The notes under the pieces are model-generated. The model saw only the letters and a program-made list of their open reading frames with translations. It did not search any database and was not told the DNA's origin. Positions 39,041 through 51,794 of a stretch of DNA of 64,000 nucleotides are shown here, piece by piece. The stretch spans positions 248,001-312,000 of the forward strand of contig CBFFRP010000362.1 in NCBI GenBank assembly GCA_965644295.1. The letters are read 5' to 3'. Source of the DNA: Paraphysomonas bandaiensis. Lineage: Eukaryota; Protista; Chrysophyceae. Made by a program: the position numbers and the translations under genes. Each line of letters starts with the position of its first letter. Within the stretch, counting starts at the first letter, position 1.

Positions 39041-40077
39041 TGGGTTGGTAATACAAAGCAATATATGGTTTGTATTGTAGAGTGAATTTATAGTCTCTTG
39101 AAACAGTCAAAGTGTCTTCCAAGTCTATACGAGAAGCATCAGAGTTTACACATTACCTACTATATTTATACCAAAATATTTTATACTTCTTTTGAATATT
39201 CCAAATTATTAACATTCGCCAGAACTTTGTTGCTTCAACTTGTTGATATGTGATTGTTGAGTTCTGCAATATGATGTGATATATATTATGCAATGAAGTG
39301 AGTTAATAGTGTGCAATAGGTGAAGTCAACTCATAGGTGTAACGGGTGATTATAGGTACAAAGGAATTAAATTCAGTTACTGATGTGTGACTATACAAGA
39401 TAGAACTGACTGATGAACATATGATAAACAGATGTTGTTGAGAACAGATGTTACACGAATATGTAGTGAAGTGTTCAGAATAGTAATTATAATTTCTTAC
39501 TTGAAAGTGCATTGTGTTCAACATAGCAAGGTTAAGGTTTACGTGTAGAGCAAAGTTAACTTCAGTGAAATGTCCAATTCTAACAGTGATATTTCTAGAT
39601 GTTGGTGATTTATTCTTTTCATATACACTGCATCGAACAATATCCTTCGTAACTATAAATGTCGTATACTGAATACATCATATGATCATCATTGTACATG
39701 ATTGTCTATGATTCCGCATTATTTGACCGGTTCTGGTTCTACTACTTCTATTTTTCAGAATTTCTTCTATCATGTTAACTGTATTTATACTCACTCACTC
39801 ACATTGTAACACTGATGTTTCTCGTTATCACTTGTTGTTTCTATTTTATACTAGATTGATTACTTCAGTTGCGAATTAAACAATTCCCAAACCATCCGCT
39901 CTTTCACGTTTCATTCGAAGTTGATTAAGTAATATTTTTAAGAGACTGAGCTATCCAACTGTAACTACCCAAAACAATTTAATATATAACAATCCTCACT
40001 ACACCACACACTTACCCTATACTCTTCCTATCCACAAAATTGGTAACTTTGTCCGTAGTTTGTTTAAATCAAGTACT

Positions 40078-43000
40078 TTACCTGAGTAAAGGTGTTCGCT
40101 CTGTCGCACCTGCGCTTGAAGAAGGAAAACATTCTTTGCTTCCTACCACACGGCCTTCACTATAACCACTGAAACTTACACGTTTTCCCAAAGAAAAATT
40201 ATGGCTAGCGTCTTTGTCATCGATAACAATTTGGTGCTGTTCTTTGTCTTCTACCCTTTTGTACTTTCGTGCTGGATGCCTCATTTTCGATCGAACTGTC
40301 TCTTGATCAACCATCCGCATTACGTTTTTCCTATACACGTCCAGTGAAGTGTGGGAGCAACTTGGCCATCCTTGCCACACTGAACCGGTATCGATGCAGT
40401 CTCCAGCAAGTACTAAAGTGTGCTCTAACATGATACTGTGGTCCGCCATTTCCGCTCCTGAGAGCAAGCGTGCGTTGGACTTGAGTACGCACCCATTGCC
40501 CACAACCAAAGGATTCAGTCTACAATTCAAACATCAAACCACATATTACACAATGTCATATATGAAGTGAAGCGTGCCTGAAAACGCCACGTGTATTGAT
40601 ATGAGCTATCAGTGATGAATCATCTACACTTGTTGCATCTCCTATGCTCACGAGGTCAGGCTCTGTCATCATGGGATCACCCCCATTTGGATATAAACAG
40701 ACGTTTACTCCAATGTCTGCTCCAAGCGCTTTGAAATACCATACCAGATACTGACTACCTCTAAAAAGATCCAACACCCCAACTTTGCCATCTTCCCCAC
40801 GGCGAATTTCCTCAAGAGTCAAATATAGCTGCCAGCGTTGGCAGTAAGACGACTCGTCCCATGGATAAGCACCTGATATTTTAGAAACATACAGTTTAGA
40901 GTAAAAACATGTTAGTTCAGATAAACGTAGATAATTAACCTGGTTCACGCTTTCCAAGAAGATGCCATTTAGTACAAATTACAAATATTATCCCTACAAT
41001 AGACATCGATACGAAAACAGGAATGAAGGCTATATAGAGTAGTCGAAAAAGTTCGATAGGGTGATGATAGTTTTCATGTGTAAGTTCTTTGAGATTGACC
41101 ACAAGAATAAGCGCTAGTACTGTCGGAGCATTGCGGTAACATGTGCAAAACGCCTGCCAAGTCATGTTTACAACCACGATTGCCCAGAGCGGTAGCACAA
41201 AGTATGGTGCATTTCCTTGATAAAAAGCTTTGCCAAACGGGCTTACACAGTCTTTCCGATCAAAGGTTTTGTCTTCAGGTGACACATTTATACATGTACC
41301 ATCTCGAGACCCTACCCATATCGAGCCAGTTGGGCATAGGAAGTTTTCTGGTGAAAGGCTACCGGAACCCAGTACAGCACCTAAGCAACAATATCGAGAA
41401 GTACAGAATTATACATGTGTGCTGCGTATATACCACGTCACACCTTTTTTCAGATGAAGTCCCGGGAGAATTACACATCGATCTGCCACCATAGAGCCGT
41501 CCTCAAATACTACCGATGCCGATTTGTCACTTGAAGAGGTCAATATGACAGAACGAGATCCAAAGACTACATCGTTTCCAACTTCCAACAGATCATATTC
41601 AACAATTTCTAATCCAGAACCGGGCCAATATACTCTTTCTCCTACCTTTGCACCCAAAGCCCGGTATATACAACTAATTATCTCATAGTGTGTTCCAACA
41701 AGCGTAGCAACACCACCAAGATGACTTCCTGGAAGTAACTTTGACATCAACCAATAACCTGTTCGAATGAATTCATCAAAACAAATGTTGAAGCCAAAAA
41801 TGGATATACGTACGGAATAGATTCCAATCTGATTGTTTTTCGGTTCCACTAAGTGGTACAAATTTCCCAATAAGAGACCACTTCAGTAAAATGACGAGGC
41901 CAAGTTTACAGAAAGGTACCACACACCGCTTCACTATACGTATCAAGAAATAATATATCAGTCTTCGAGGTTCAATCCACCACAGAAAGGCATGATAGAC
42001 GTTATGAATGTTTGAAACATACCATCCACCAGACATAGCAGAGGAAACCATTAGTTTTAAGGTAAAGAACCACGGAACTAGGGAAAGGATAGTGGTAAGA
42101 ACAAGAATAGGAATTCCAACAAAAAAAACTAAGTAAATTGGGGGACTCGTAAATGCGGGTCTGCAGTACTTTCTATCATCCGTTTCAGACCCGCCTGATT
42201 CATATGACGAGGAAAGAGGTCCAATGCAAGTGTCTGACTCTATTGTGGTACCTGGCGCAATAGCGCTCTTGAGACCGATACTACTCCTATTGCAGATTCG
42301 AATCGGCAACAGAATCATGTGACTTTCTTCGAGAGCAAACGGCCTCACAGTGGCAGCGTCAATCACCACATCATCACCAATAGTTAGTAAGTCTGCCTGA
42401 CCAAGTTTTGCATCCTTGTGAATACACACATTGCGGCCAATTGAGGCACCCATTAGTGAGTAATACATTCTAACTAAATAATTTCCAATGATGGGAATAT
42501 CATCGTCAACAAACCCTTTGCCAAATATCAGGTGTATTTGCTCCACTAGCCACCACCGCAGATACATATCTCCCCACAAGGAATACCTTCCAGGCTTGTA
42601 CCGGCCAATAATTAGCCACTTCGCTGCGATAGAAACCAAGGGATTGAAAATACCAGTGAAAATTCTTGATACAATAATCGCGATGACCAGTGCCTTGAAT
42701 CGCCCCATATTGTGCTGCATGAAATATACCCAAGGAATCGCAATAGTAAACCACATTATGATGCGTCGGAAGGGATAAATAAACAACATCGGGATAACCT
42801 GAACTAATAATGCAAGCCACGAGGTATTGGAAAAGTTTTTATTCGAATATTCCCATGAGAGATATACATTATCATCGTCATCAACACTCCTATGACTACC
42901 ACTCCGTCTTCGCCCAATTTTGGCGGACATACTAGGCGAGCCCAGTGTCTTCAGTGCAGAAACCTTGTGCGAAAGTTGTTCAATAGTGGGAGCAAGGAAT

Positions 43001-45623
43001 AAGTCTGATACAGAGATTTGAACTTTCATTTTTTTGCGTATAGCATTCACAAGTTGTCCGGCTTGAAGAGAATCTCCGCCAAGATCAAAAAAACTTGATG
43101 TGACACTGAGCACAGACGGAGATCCCAGTAATTCTCGCCATATAGTCTCAAGTTGCACTTCAACAGGGTTTCGCGGGAGCACCATTGTTGCTAAGTTGAA
43201 TCTCTGTACGGCCAAAATATACAGATCGTTCTCTGGCAATTCATTCAGAGAAGATCCTCCACAGTCAACCTGTACAACAAGAAAGGGGCATGCATAAGCG
43301 TGCAAAGTCTTTCTACAGATGGTCAAAACAGATTCTTCTGTACACGAATTGGATGAAGTTACGAATGCAACAAGTGTATCTACACGCCCACTGAGATCTA
43401 TGTGTAGAACACGACACTCAAGCACATCAGTGTTTGAGAGAATGAAGTCTTCTGTTACTCTCGCATCCGATACAACGGGAGTGATGGGTATAGCACTTGA
43501 TAGCGATGCTCCAGGTGGTGGACATGTAGCTTCATACAGTCGACTGACTGGGGGGGAGTCCTCATTCACGACAGGGAGATTAAAGCGTTTATCGAGTCGG
43601 ATTCGCAATATCTTATTTGTATTATTCTTAGGAAGAGCATTCATATATACGATGACTTGAGGCCACTTGCTTCTATGCAGCTTTTTTACAAGGTAGTCAT
43701 GTAGAGTCGGAAGGTCAATTCGAGGCTCCGAAGTCTCTGTAACAATCACAACACCCACAGTCTCTTGAAAACTAACGTGTGGAACAGAAAACGCACACGC
43801 TTCTTTAATACAAGGATGCTGCACTAGAACTTCCTCTATTTCAAAAGGCGATATCGTTTCACCACCTCTATTAATAATCTCTTTAGATCTTCCGGATATA
43901 AAAAGGTATCCCGCTTCATCTAGATGCCCTATATCACCTGTATCGAACCACCCATTCTCACCGTTCAGCGTAAAAAATACTTCGTCATTCGCCTTCTCGG
44001 TCTCGGCCTCGTATCCATGAAAGCACGGGGATCCTCTAACCATAACATGACCAGTAACAAGCGGAGGGAGGGTAGCCGTATGATCTGGATCAGCTATAAC
44101 TACATCCGGACCACAAACGATACCCGAAGTGCCTGTAGGAGACAATTGATAGCACTGTGGAGGAGATGAAATCGGCATGCACTCCGTCATACCGTACCCT
44201 GTACACGAAACGCATAAATCGGAGTAAATATGCGCATCAATGGCGTAGGAAAAGGTAAACTAGACTGAGAGCCCAATGTTTCTATATCAAAAACAACTAC
44301 TTTCATGAGGATCTGATATATTTCTTGAAGTTTACACTATAATTTGTTACATGCAGGTATAGGAACACAGCAAGAGTACTGAAAAAGATCATACGACCAT
44401 TAAAAGAATAGTAATACATATACGATGGTCTGTATTGTGTAGCAATTGTACAGTGCAGTATTAAATATATCGGGTAAGTAAGAGAATCTTATATACCTGT
44501 TAAAATAGTGGCATTGAACGTGGATTGCAAACTCTTAGCTAGTGCAGGAAGCAACGCTCCAGCGGCATTAGCTATAAACCGAACGGTATCAACACCCTTT
44601 AGAGTACCTCCAGCTCTGATGCGCTCAGCTTGTTGCAGGATTGCATGATGCATTGTCGGCGCAGCGTAGTACCACGTAACTTTGAAGTCCACAGGGCTCT
44701 GCAGAACTTCCCAGAACAACACAGGGTCAAACCCACTGCAGGCAATGACGCTCCCTCCAGAGAGTATAGGAGAAAATACATTTCTAATTATTCCCCCAAT
44801 ATGAAATAGAGGCATCATATTAAGATTCACATCGGCGGGTGTAAGGTTCCATGCAGCCACGATACAAGCGACACCCACGACAAGAGAGTCGAGGGTGTAT
44901 GGAACTCGCTTCTTGTTCCCACTAGTTCCGGATGTGTGTAAAACAAGAACAGTTTCCCCATGACCGTAATAAGAGGCTACCTGAAGCTCTTGGCGCAAAG
45001 ATGAAGGGGGAGGTAGGGAGAGCGGACGGTAATTCACTGGTCGTAGGAGAGACAAGGTGAATAGTCCACAGGTAACAGCACTGGGAGTTAACATGAGCAC
45101 CCCGATTTTCAGCTTATCCGCTGCCTGAAGAGCGGCACTACTAAATCCGGAACCCTCTCCAGACAGGATGATAATGGCTTGTGCTTGGGTGCCTTTTAGT
45201 TCGGACTCGATCTCTGTCGATGTGCTCTGTGGATTGATCGGAACTGCGCACCAGCGAGATATAACACTCACTATACATACAGCCAGTTCGGGTCCATTAG
45301 GAAGAAGAATACCTACACGAGAGTGTGGCGGAAGTCCAAATGATTCAAGATCAAAACTTTGCATCAAAAAACGCCGCAGATCAGCATGTCTGAGAGGACT
45401 CCTATCTCCTGCAGGCTCCCTAATGGCATAGTCGGATGTATGGGGAAGCAGATCAATCAGCGACTCATATCTAACTCCTCTATTAGATATACATATAGGT
45501 CAATATGAGGGATACGTACTTTAGCATGGGCCCAATCTCATAGCCGCGTATGCCGATCTTATTACCCCCCTCACCATAATCCCCTAGAAGATGAAGAAGG
45601 GGAACATTCCGTCGATAGGACAT
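40078..45623 (-). CDS. NRPS-like membrane synthetase: acyl-CoA-ligase-type A domain, T domain and Pls-type C-terminal region (TM + 3 LbH repeats), multi-exon
   Basis: LHTSGTSGNKK, MPLFHIGG, G|YGMTE, WFDTGDIG, GRSKEIINRGGE, LPKNNTNKILR; carrier FFDLGGDSL; three 'LGA.IG..V...DL+.IG.' units separated by TM pairs and 'KWL+IG+..PG' motifs. Introns include 45480-45519 and 44199-44496. Confidence 0.88.
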
Positions 45624-45910
45624 GCTCACAATCACCAGAATATATATGGAGTTTATTCAAATGGATTATAAATGAAATTGTGGCATATATCTGACGCATA
45701 TCTTTATTCGATTGTTCGATACTCTCACTGCTATACACATACAATACATATACATATATATACATATAGGACACTGCCCCCATATGAATGGTTTCAAAGT
45801 AACTTACTCATAGCGAATAAACAGGAAATAGAAAGATATAATTGGAGGATGCTGTTCAAACATCAACATATGGTACCTTGGATTGGGTATACAGAAATAC
45901 TTCTATATAC

Positions 45911-45915
45911 GTATG

Positions 45916-45949
<34 letters not shown>

Positions 45950-46039
45950 TGTATGTATGTATGTATGTATGTATGTATGTATGTATGTATGTATGTATGT
46001 ATGTATGTATGTCTGTATGTCTGAATGTATCTGTGTATG

Positions 46040-46073
<34 letters not shown>

Positions 46074-46183
46074 TGTATGTATGTATGTATGTATGTATGT
46101 ATGTATGTATGTATGTATGTATGTATGTATGTATGTATGTATGTATGTATGTATGTATGTATGTATGTATGTATGTATGTATG
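45911..46183. repeat. (TATG)n microsatellite, about 270 bp with a central imperfect stretch
   Basis: Directly visible. It lies between divergent start codons at 45623 and 46238. Confidence 0.98.
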
Positions 46184-46237
46184 TCTGGTTTAAACTCAGT
46201 CATATCTTGGGAATATATGATGTTATTGGTCCAAGCA

Positions 46238-47873
46238 ATGCGCTATCGCATGCTTTTTATAACGTGCTTTTCTCTCCTGTTGGTAGTTGTTGAACCATTT
46301 GAATGCTCTTGGTCAGGTTCCTCCTATCAGAAGAGGGTTCGTGTCATTGATAGTGAAGGTACATTCATCACGCATATATATATATACATATACATATAGC
46401 CTGTCGTTCTAACATACTCTTGTAGATACTTTTTTACCGTATTTATCTTCCCATGAAACGGATATCAAGAATGATGATATCATGCATGCCATTGTCGTTA
46501 TTCACGGCTATAATGAGGATGTTAAGTTTGCGTTCTGCACAGCAATGGATGCAGCAGTAGATATAAATGTCGAGCAAAATACATTAATACTTGCTCCGTG
46601 GTTTTCTCATGAACAAATTAATGGTGCTGACTGGGGAGTAAATGGATCTGATTGGAGGGATTGGAAGAGTGTATATTGGGCCCGCAATGCTTCGTGGATT
46701 ACTGGCGCTGACTCCACAACCCACAATCCCGATATTTCACCATCGTCATCATCCTATGATATGCTTGACATGATGTATGATATTGCAAATTCACCTAGGT
46801 TATTTTCTCGCCTTTCAAGGGTCACTTATGTGGGATTCTCTGCCGGAGCACAGATGATTAACCGTTACGCTTGGGCATCACGCATGAAAGGCGAAGCCAG
46901 TGGTTCGCTTGCCTCAATTCGGTATATCGTGTCTGATCCATCATCTTTCCTGTATATGAATGACCTTCGACCAGACTCAAGTTGCACAACCCCGTGGGAT
47001 ACAGGAACATCTCACACTTGTTCATCCTTCTCGCACCTTTCATCCGAGAGCCGGATAAGCTGCAGGGATGTAGACCAGTGGAAGTACGGCACTTCCAGAA
47101 TTCCGGGTGCGTCTCGCGGATATAGTTACTTAGAACACCTAACTTATGCCTCGGTTGCGAATGAACATTCTAAGATGTATATGTCCAAGGATGTGAGATA
47201 TGTGTTTGGGGAACTCGATACATGCAACTGCAACACAGATGGTTATCAGAATCCCTTTCACTGCTACATCCCTAGTGACGAAGCACTTGCAACTGACCCG
47301 GAGAAACGAAGAGTATCAGAAGAATATAGTGGTGAATGTCATGATACCTATCCTGATTCCCTCAATAACGATATGTCTACGTCATGTGCATCTAATTTCC
47401 AAGGTGGCAACAGGTTGCAAAGGGGGTTGAACTACATGTCATATCTTCGCGTTATGTATAGTGACTTTGGTTTTCAACCGACGTATGCCATAGTAGATAA
47501 CATGATGCACGATATGAAGACGTTTTATAGATCTGACATAATCCGCGAGTGGGTATTTTGCCTTCCCAACACGAACAAGTCACCTACATCAGAAAATAGT
47601 GCGCTATTTTCACAACTCTATACTGTTATATTTTTAGCGTCCAGTCTAAGTGTTGGATTTATCCTGTTATTAGCCCTTTATGGTATAATTTTTGAAAGAG
47701 CTCTACGAAAATCTGTAGGAGCAGTGATGTCCCGTCGAATACACGGTAGTGACAGCGTGGAATTGATGCCGACAGAGCTGACGAAATTAGTACCAAGTAC
47801 TAATTATAATATGAAATACAATAGTGGAGATGGCTCAAGTAATTACTCTGATGTGCCTTACTATGATATCTAA
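46238..47873 (+). CDS. Secreted/membrane-anchored alpha/beta-hydrolase-fold protein, 2 exons
   Basis: Signal peptide MRYRMLFITCFSLLLVVV; AIVVIHG, LILAPWF, SSYDMLD, VGFSAGAQMINRYA, FQGGNRLQRG and MMHD motifs; C-terminal TM. Intron about 46359-46425. Confidence 0.8.
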
Positions 47874-48510
47874 ATTTTGTGGTACTCATTTTTTAAGCAG
47901 TTTTAACTTTGTTTTATTTGAACTAGATTAAATGCATTCTAAATAAAAGTATTTTGTTCTGTGTATCGCGTAACATACACAACAGACAACACTGCATGCA
48001 AGCAGTATTACTATTATTTTTATCAAACTAAATTACTTGCACCTCAAATAAACGTATATTGCGTAGTTTATCATGCGTAACACGTAACACTATTGAGCAT
48101 TTAAATCTTTCAGTAGATGTTCGAGCTATTACCGTATCGATGTAGGAAGTTGCAATTGGTGATGTCTAGATATTTTTGCGTTCAGCTATTCTACTTCAAA
48201 GGGCTAAAATTTAATTTTCAGAAGGTACTAGTGCTACAAAATATTACTGAGATAGTAGCTTATGTAACAAATATTTGACGAGTTTAATGATATGGATATA
48301 ACACCATTATTCTTGTCGCCACTGAATCAAAAAAGGAAGTGATATACTAGTAACTAGTAACACACAATAATCCTTCATTTAATTAACAAACTTATACTTG
48401 TATGACACGTTTTCACCGATCACCACTGGATCAAAAGTGGAAGCGAACATCCACTTAATTAACAAAATCATAGAACACACATTACCCTCCATGAAATAAA
48501 GTTGAGCACA

Positions 48511-50054
48511 TCACTGCATAGAAGCAGCAGCTCCAGTTACACTGCGTATGTATTTCTCTTCGTCAGAGTATTTGGCTGTCCCATTTGCATGAAGAATATC
48601 TAAATCGAATACAATAACTTAGACATACTTCTGGTAGAGGGAAATTCATATCATTACAGGAAAAGAGAAGTAACATGATAATCCATTAAACAGTGCTCAA
48701 ATAACTTAAAAAGCCGTACCATGAAACCAAGGATTTGGGTCATCAACGCCTTCATAAGGATTCGGGTCATTGAGGCTACTCCTGCATTAGCACACACGTA
48801 GGGTATGGTAAGAAAACATGCATACTTAGTAGCAAACTAGCCACTCCATGAGACATACTACTGCATTTAATCCAATTCATCAGGCTAAGTGTAGTGTAAT
48901 TAATCAAATCTCTGACCCATTAACATACCATGGATATATTGTTTGAGTGAGGCCAGATACCAGTCCCCAGTTAAATGCATCAACACCAGAGTCTTTCATG
49001 ACTCCCATATGAGGATCAAAATAACTTCCAGCTTCGCGGGCCATATATTCACTACATACAACTGGCTTTCCTATTTAAGCCCATATTGTAAGCTCATACA
49101 GTCATCAAAACCATTCAATATACATACGCACCATATGTTTTCAGAGCGTCAATCAGTGATTTCAACTCGTCAACTCCAGAATAAGAGTGAAAACTGACAA
49201 CATCAGATCGTTTTACTTGCACTTCCTGGAGAACATTCAGCGAAGGTTTGTCCCAAGGCATATCAGTCCAGAGTGGGGTTGTGAGCGGCTGAATGGGAGA
49301 GGCTTTCCGGGCCCAGTCAAACACAAGAGATAGTAAAGGAGCGATTTGTTCAGGAGTGTATCCAGAGTTGTCTGGTTCGTTCCACAAGTCCCTATAACAT
49401 GCAAACATATGAAAAGCAGCGAAAAGGTGTATTGCATTCCAGTGGTGCTATAAAACAGACAGATAACGTTCACCAAGCAACAGTCTATATACAGTTTAGC
49501 AGTTGTGAGATAAGTACAGACCATGCAATAATTCTAGAGTCGTTGTTGAAGTGTCTTATCACACCGGTAACGTAATCTTCGAGGCCCATAAACTTTTCAG
49601 GATCGCTGACGATATCCACACCTGGTGCCTGAACCCAGACAGAGTTATGAACGTAAGGGATGGGGTCTGGCTGGGGACCCAGTGCTGGGTAAGCATTCCA
49701 ACAAGAATCCAGAAGAACGAACATAACTCCGATGTTATGACTTGAAGCAGTTTGAAGGAATGACTCCAGAGTAGACACAAACACATCCTTATCTTCCCAC
49801 AGAAGATTGTGGAGAAATACTCTCACAGCATTAAACCCGAGAGACTCTGCATATCCCAACTCCCTATCGATTGTAATGTGATCGTAAGTATCGTTTTGAA
49901 ACATATGAAGTTCGTTCTGAGCTGTGCTAGGAATGAAATTACACCCTACAAGCCAGCTCTCACTCCTCCACTCTCCATTTGATGTGTCTTTTACCCATGA
50001 GGCCACTGATAACAGAGGAATCAGAAGGAATACGAGAGATGTTCGGCACAACAT
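48511..50054 (-). CDS. Secreted clan GH-A (GH5-like) glycoside hydrolase, multi-exon
   Basis: Signal peptide; GCNFIPSTAQNEL, GFNAVRVFLH, W|DLWNEPDN (acid/base), VSFHSY, CSEYMAR (nucleophile), NWGLVSG.TQTIYPW and WFH|DI motifs. Confidence 0.85.
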
Positions 50055-50527
50055 GAGATATTATGAAGATAATGGTGCTGCTCTCATGTGATGACTTACA
50101 TGATAGTCTCTACATTGATCCTGCTGCTGCTGCTGTATGCCTATATACGTACAGCCGTATACGACTACTGTATCCGGGAGTGAGATCCGGTTAAAAGAAT
50201 ATCATATTCCAAATTCTTTCCCTCAAACTACACCACTGTATAACTGTATTTCATGGATATAAGATCTCTAGAAAATTATTTCCTACAGAGTATACGGTAG
50301 AGTATTCCTTGTCATCCAGCAGTGTGTTATATATGGGAGGTGAGCTCACGTCAATGTGCACTGGAGTTCTGTTCTGTTCTCTAGCGTCTCTCATGCCTTC
50401 TTTTCATGTCAGTTCAATGCTCTAAATATGATCGAGTAGCGTAACTTTAAGTGACCTACAATATTATCAATTGACCCGTTGTGACCCTGATATCTATAGT
50501 CATATCTATTCATCTGTGGTGTGGTAT

Positions 50528-51794
50528 ATGTTAAGAACAGCAACACAGTCTCTGCAGCGCTATTGCTACAACAAATTATCAATTCAGCGACTATCGAGCT
50601 CGAACATTTTCCATAATAGCACAAGATCGCATCCAGATGGTGCGAAGATGAGATTTCAGCCTATAACAGGAACAGAGATGCCACGTTTCGCTGGGATAGG
50701 TGGGTTTCTCTCTGTAGCAGTGTGCGAATAACAGTTTATTGTAGCTACATTAATGCGACTTCCGCATATTGATCCTGTTGATGTGAGTAAGCACGATGTT
50801 CACATCGGATTAGTTGGAGTTCCATGGGATGGTGGAACCACGAACAGGTCAGGAGCTCGGGCTGGCCCCAGAGCCGTAAGAGACGTTAGTACTGCCGTCC
50901 GCAACGTCAATCGCGCAACTGGAGTGAATCCTTTTGCTCTTTGTAACTGTGTCGATCTTGGAGATGCCCCAGTAAACCCATTGTGTCTTACTGACTCTAT
51001 GGAGAGTATTACTGGATTCTACAACACTCTCATACAAAATAATGTGTCCCCTTTGACTGTTGGTGGTGACCATCTCCTTTCTCTTCCTGTGCTTAGGGCA
51101 GTAGCCAAAGACGAACCAGTGGGATTGATTCATATTGACGCACATGCAGACACATGGGATTCTTATTTCGATGGGAGTCGGTATTCTCATGGGACTGTTT
51201 TCAGAAGAGCAATTGAAGAAGGCCTGGTAGATCCCCATAAAACTGTGCAGGTGGAGTTGTGTATCTGACGCATCTGCGGATTTTAACGGTTTAAATCACT
51301 TGAATATGCTTATCCATGTATCTAGACTTTATTTTCACATCAATACAGCTTCGCTTTTCTGACGAAAGTATATGGTTTAGGTAGGGTTGAGGGGTGCACT
51401 GTATGCCGATGCTTTAGACTCTTGGGGTGAAGAGCAGGGCATCCGTGTCATTGATATTGATGATTTTCACAACCTGGGGTTGACGAGAGTCTTATCAGAG
51501 ATTCACAGTACTGTGGGTAGCTCACCTACGTATGTTTCTTTTGATATCGATTCTATTGACCCAGCCTTCGCCCCTGGGACTGGGACACCTGAAATTGGAG
51601 GCCTGACTACAATCGAGGCTTTGCGACTGATTCGAGGGCTGCGAGGGATAAATATGGTGGGAGGCGATGTAGTAGAAGTGGCCCCTCAATATGATCCTAC
51701 CACGAATACTGCATTGGCAGCTGCCACTGTGATGTATGAACTGCTTTGCATTCTCTCGGAGAGTCTGCACAAGAGGAGACCAGGAGCGAACTAG
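50528..51794 (+). CDS. Agmatinase/guanidinobutyrase-family ureohydrolase, 3 exons, probable mitochondrial presequence
   Basis: PRFAG, GVPWDGGTTNRSGARAGP, GGDH, DAHAD, SHGT, DIDSIDPAFAPGTGTPEIGG and DVVEVAP motifs; Arg/Ser-rich N-terminus MLRTATQSLQR. Confidence 0.92.

Noticed and set aside
45672-46399. MYVC and HTYI repeat ORFs
   Set aside because: They are translations of the (TATG)n microsatellite.
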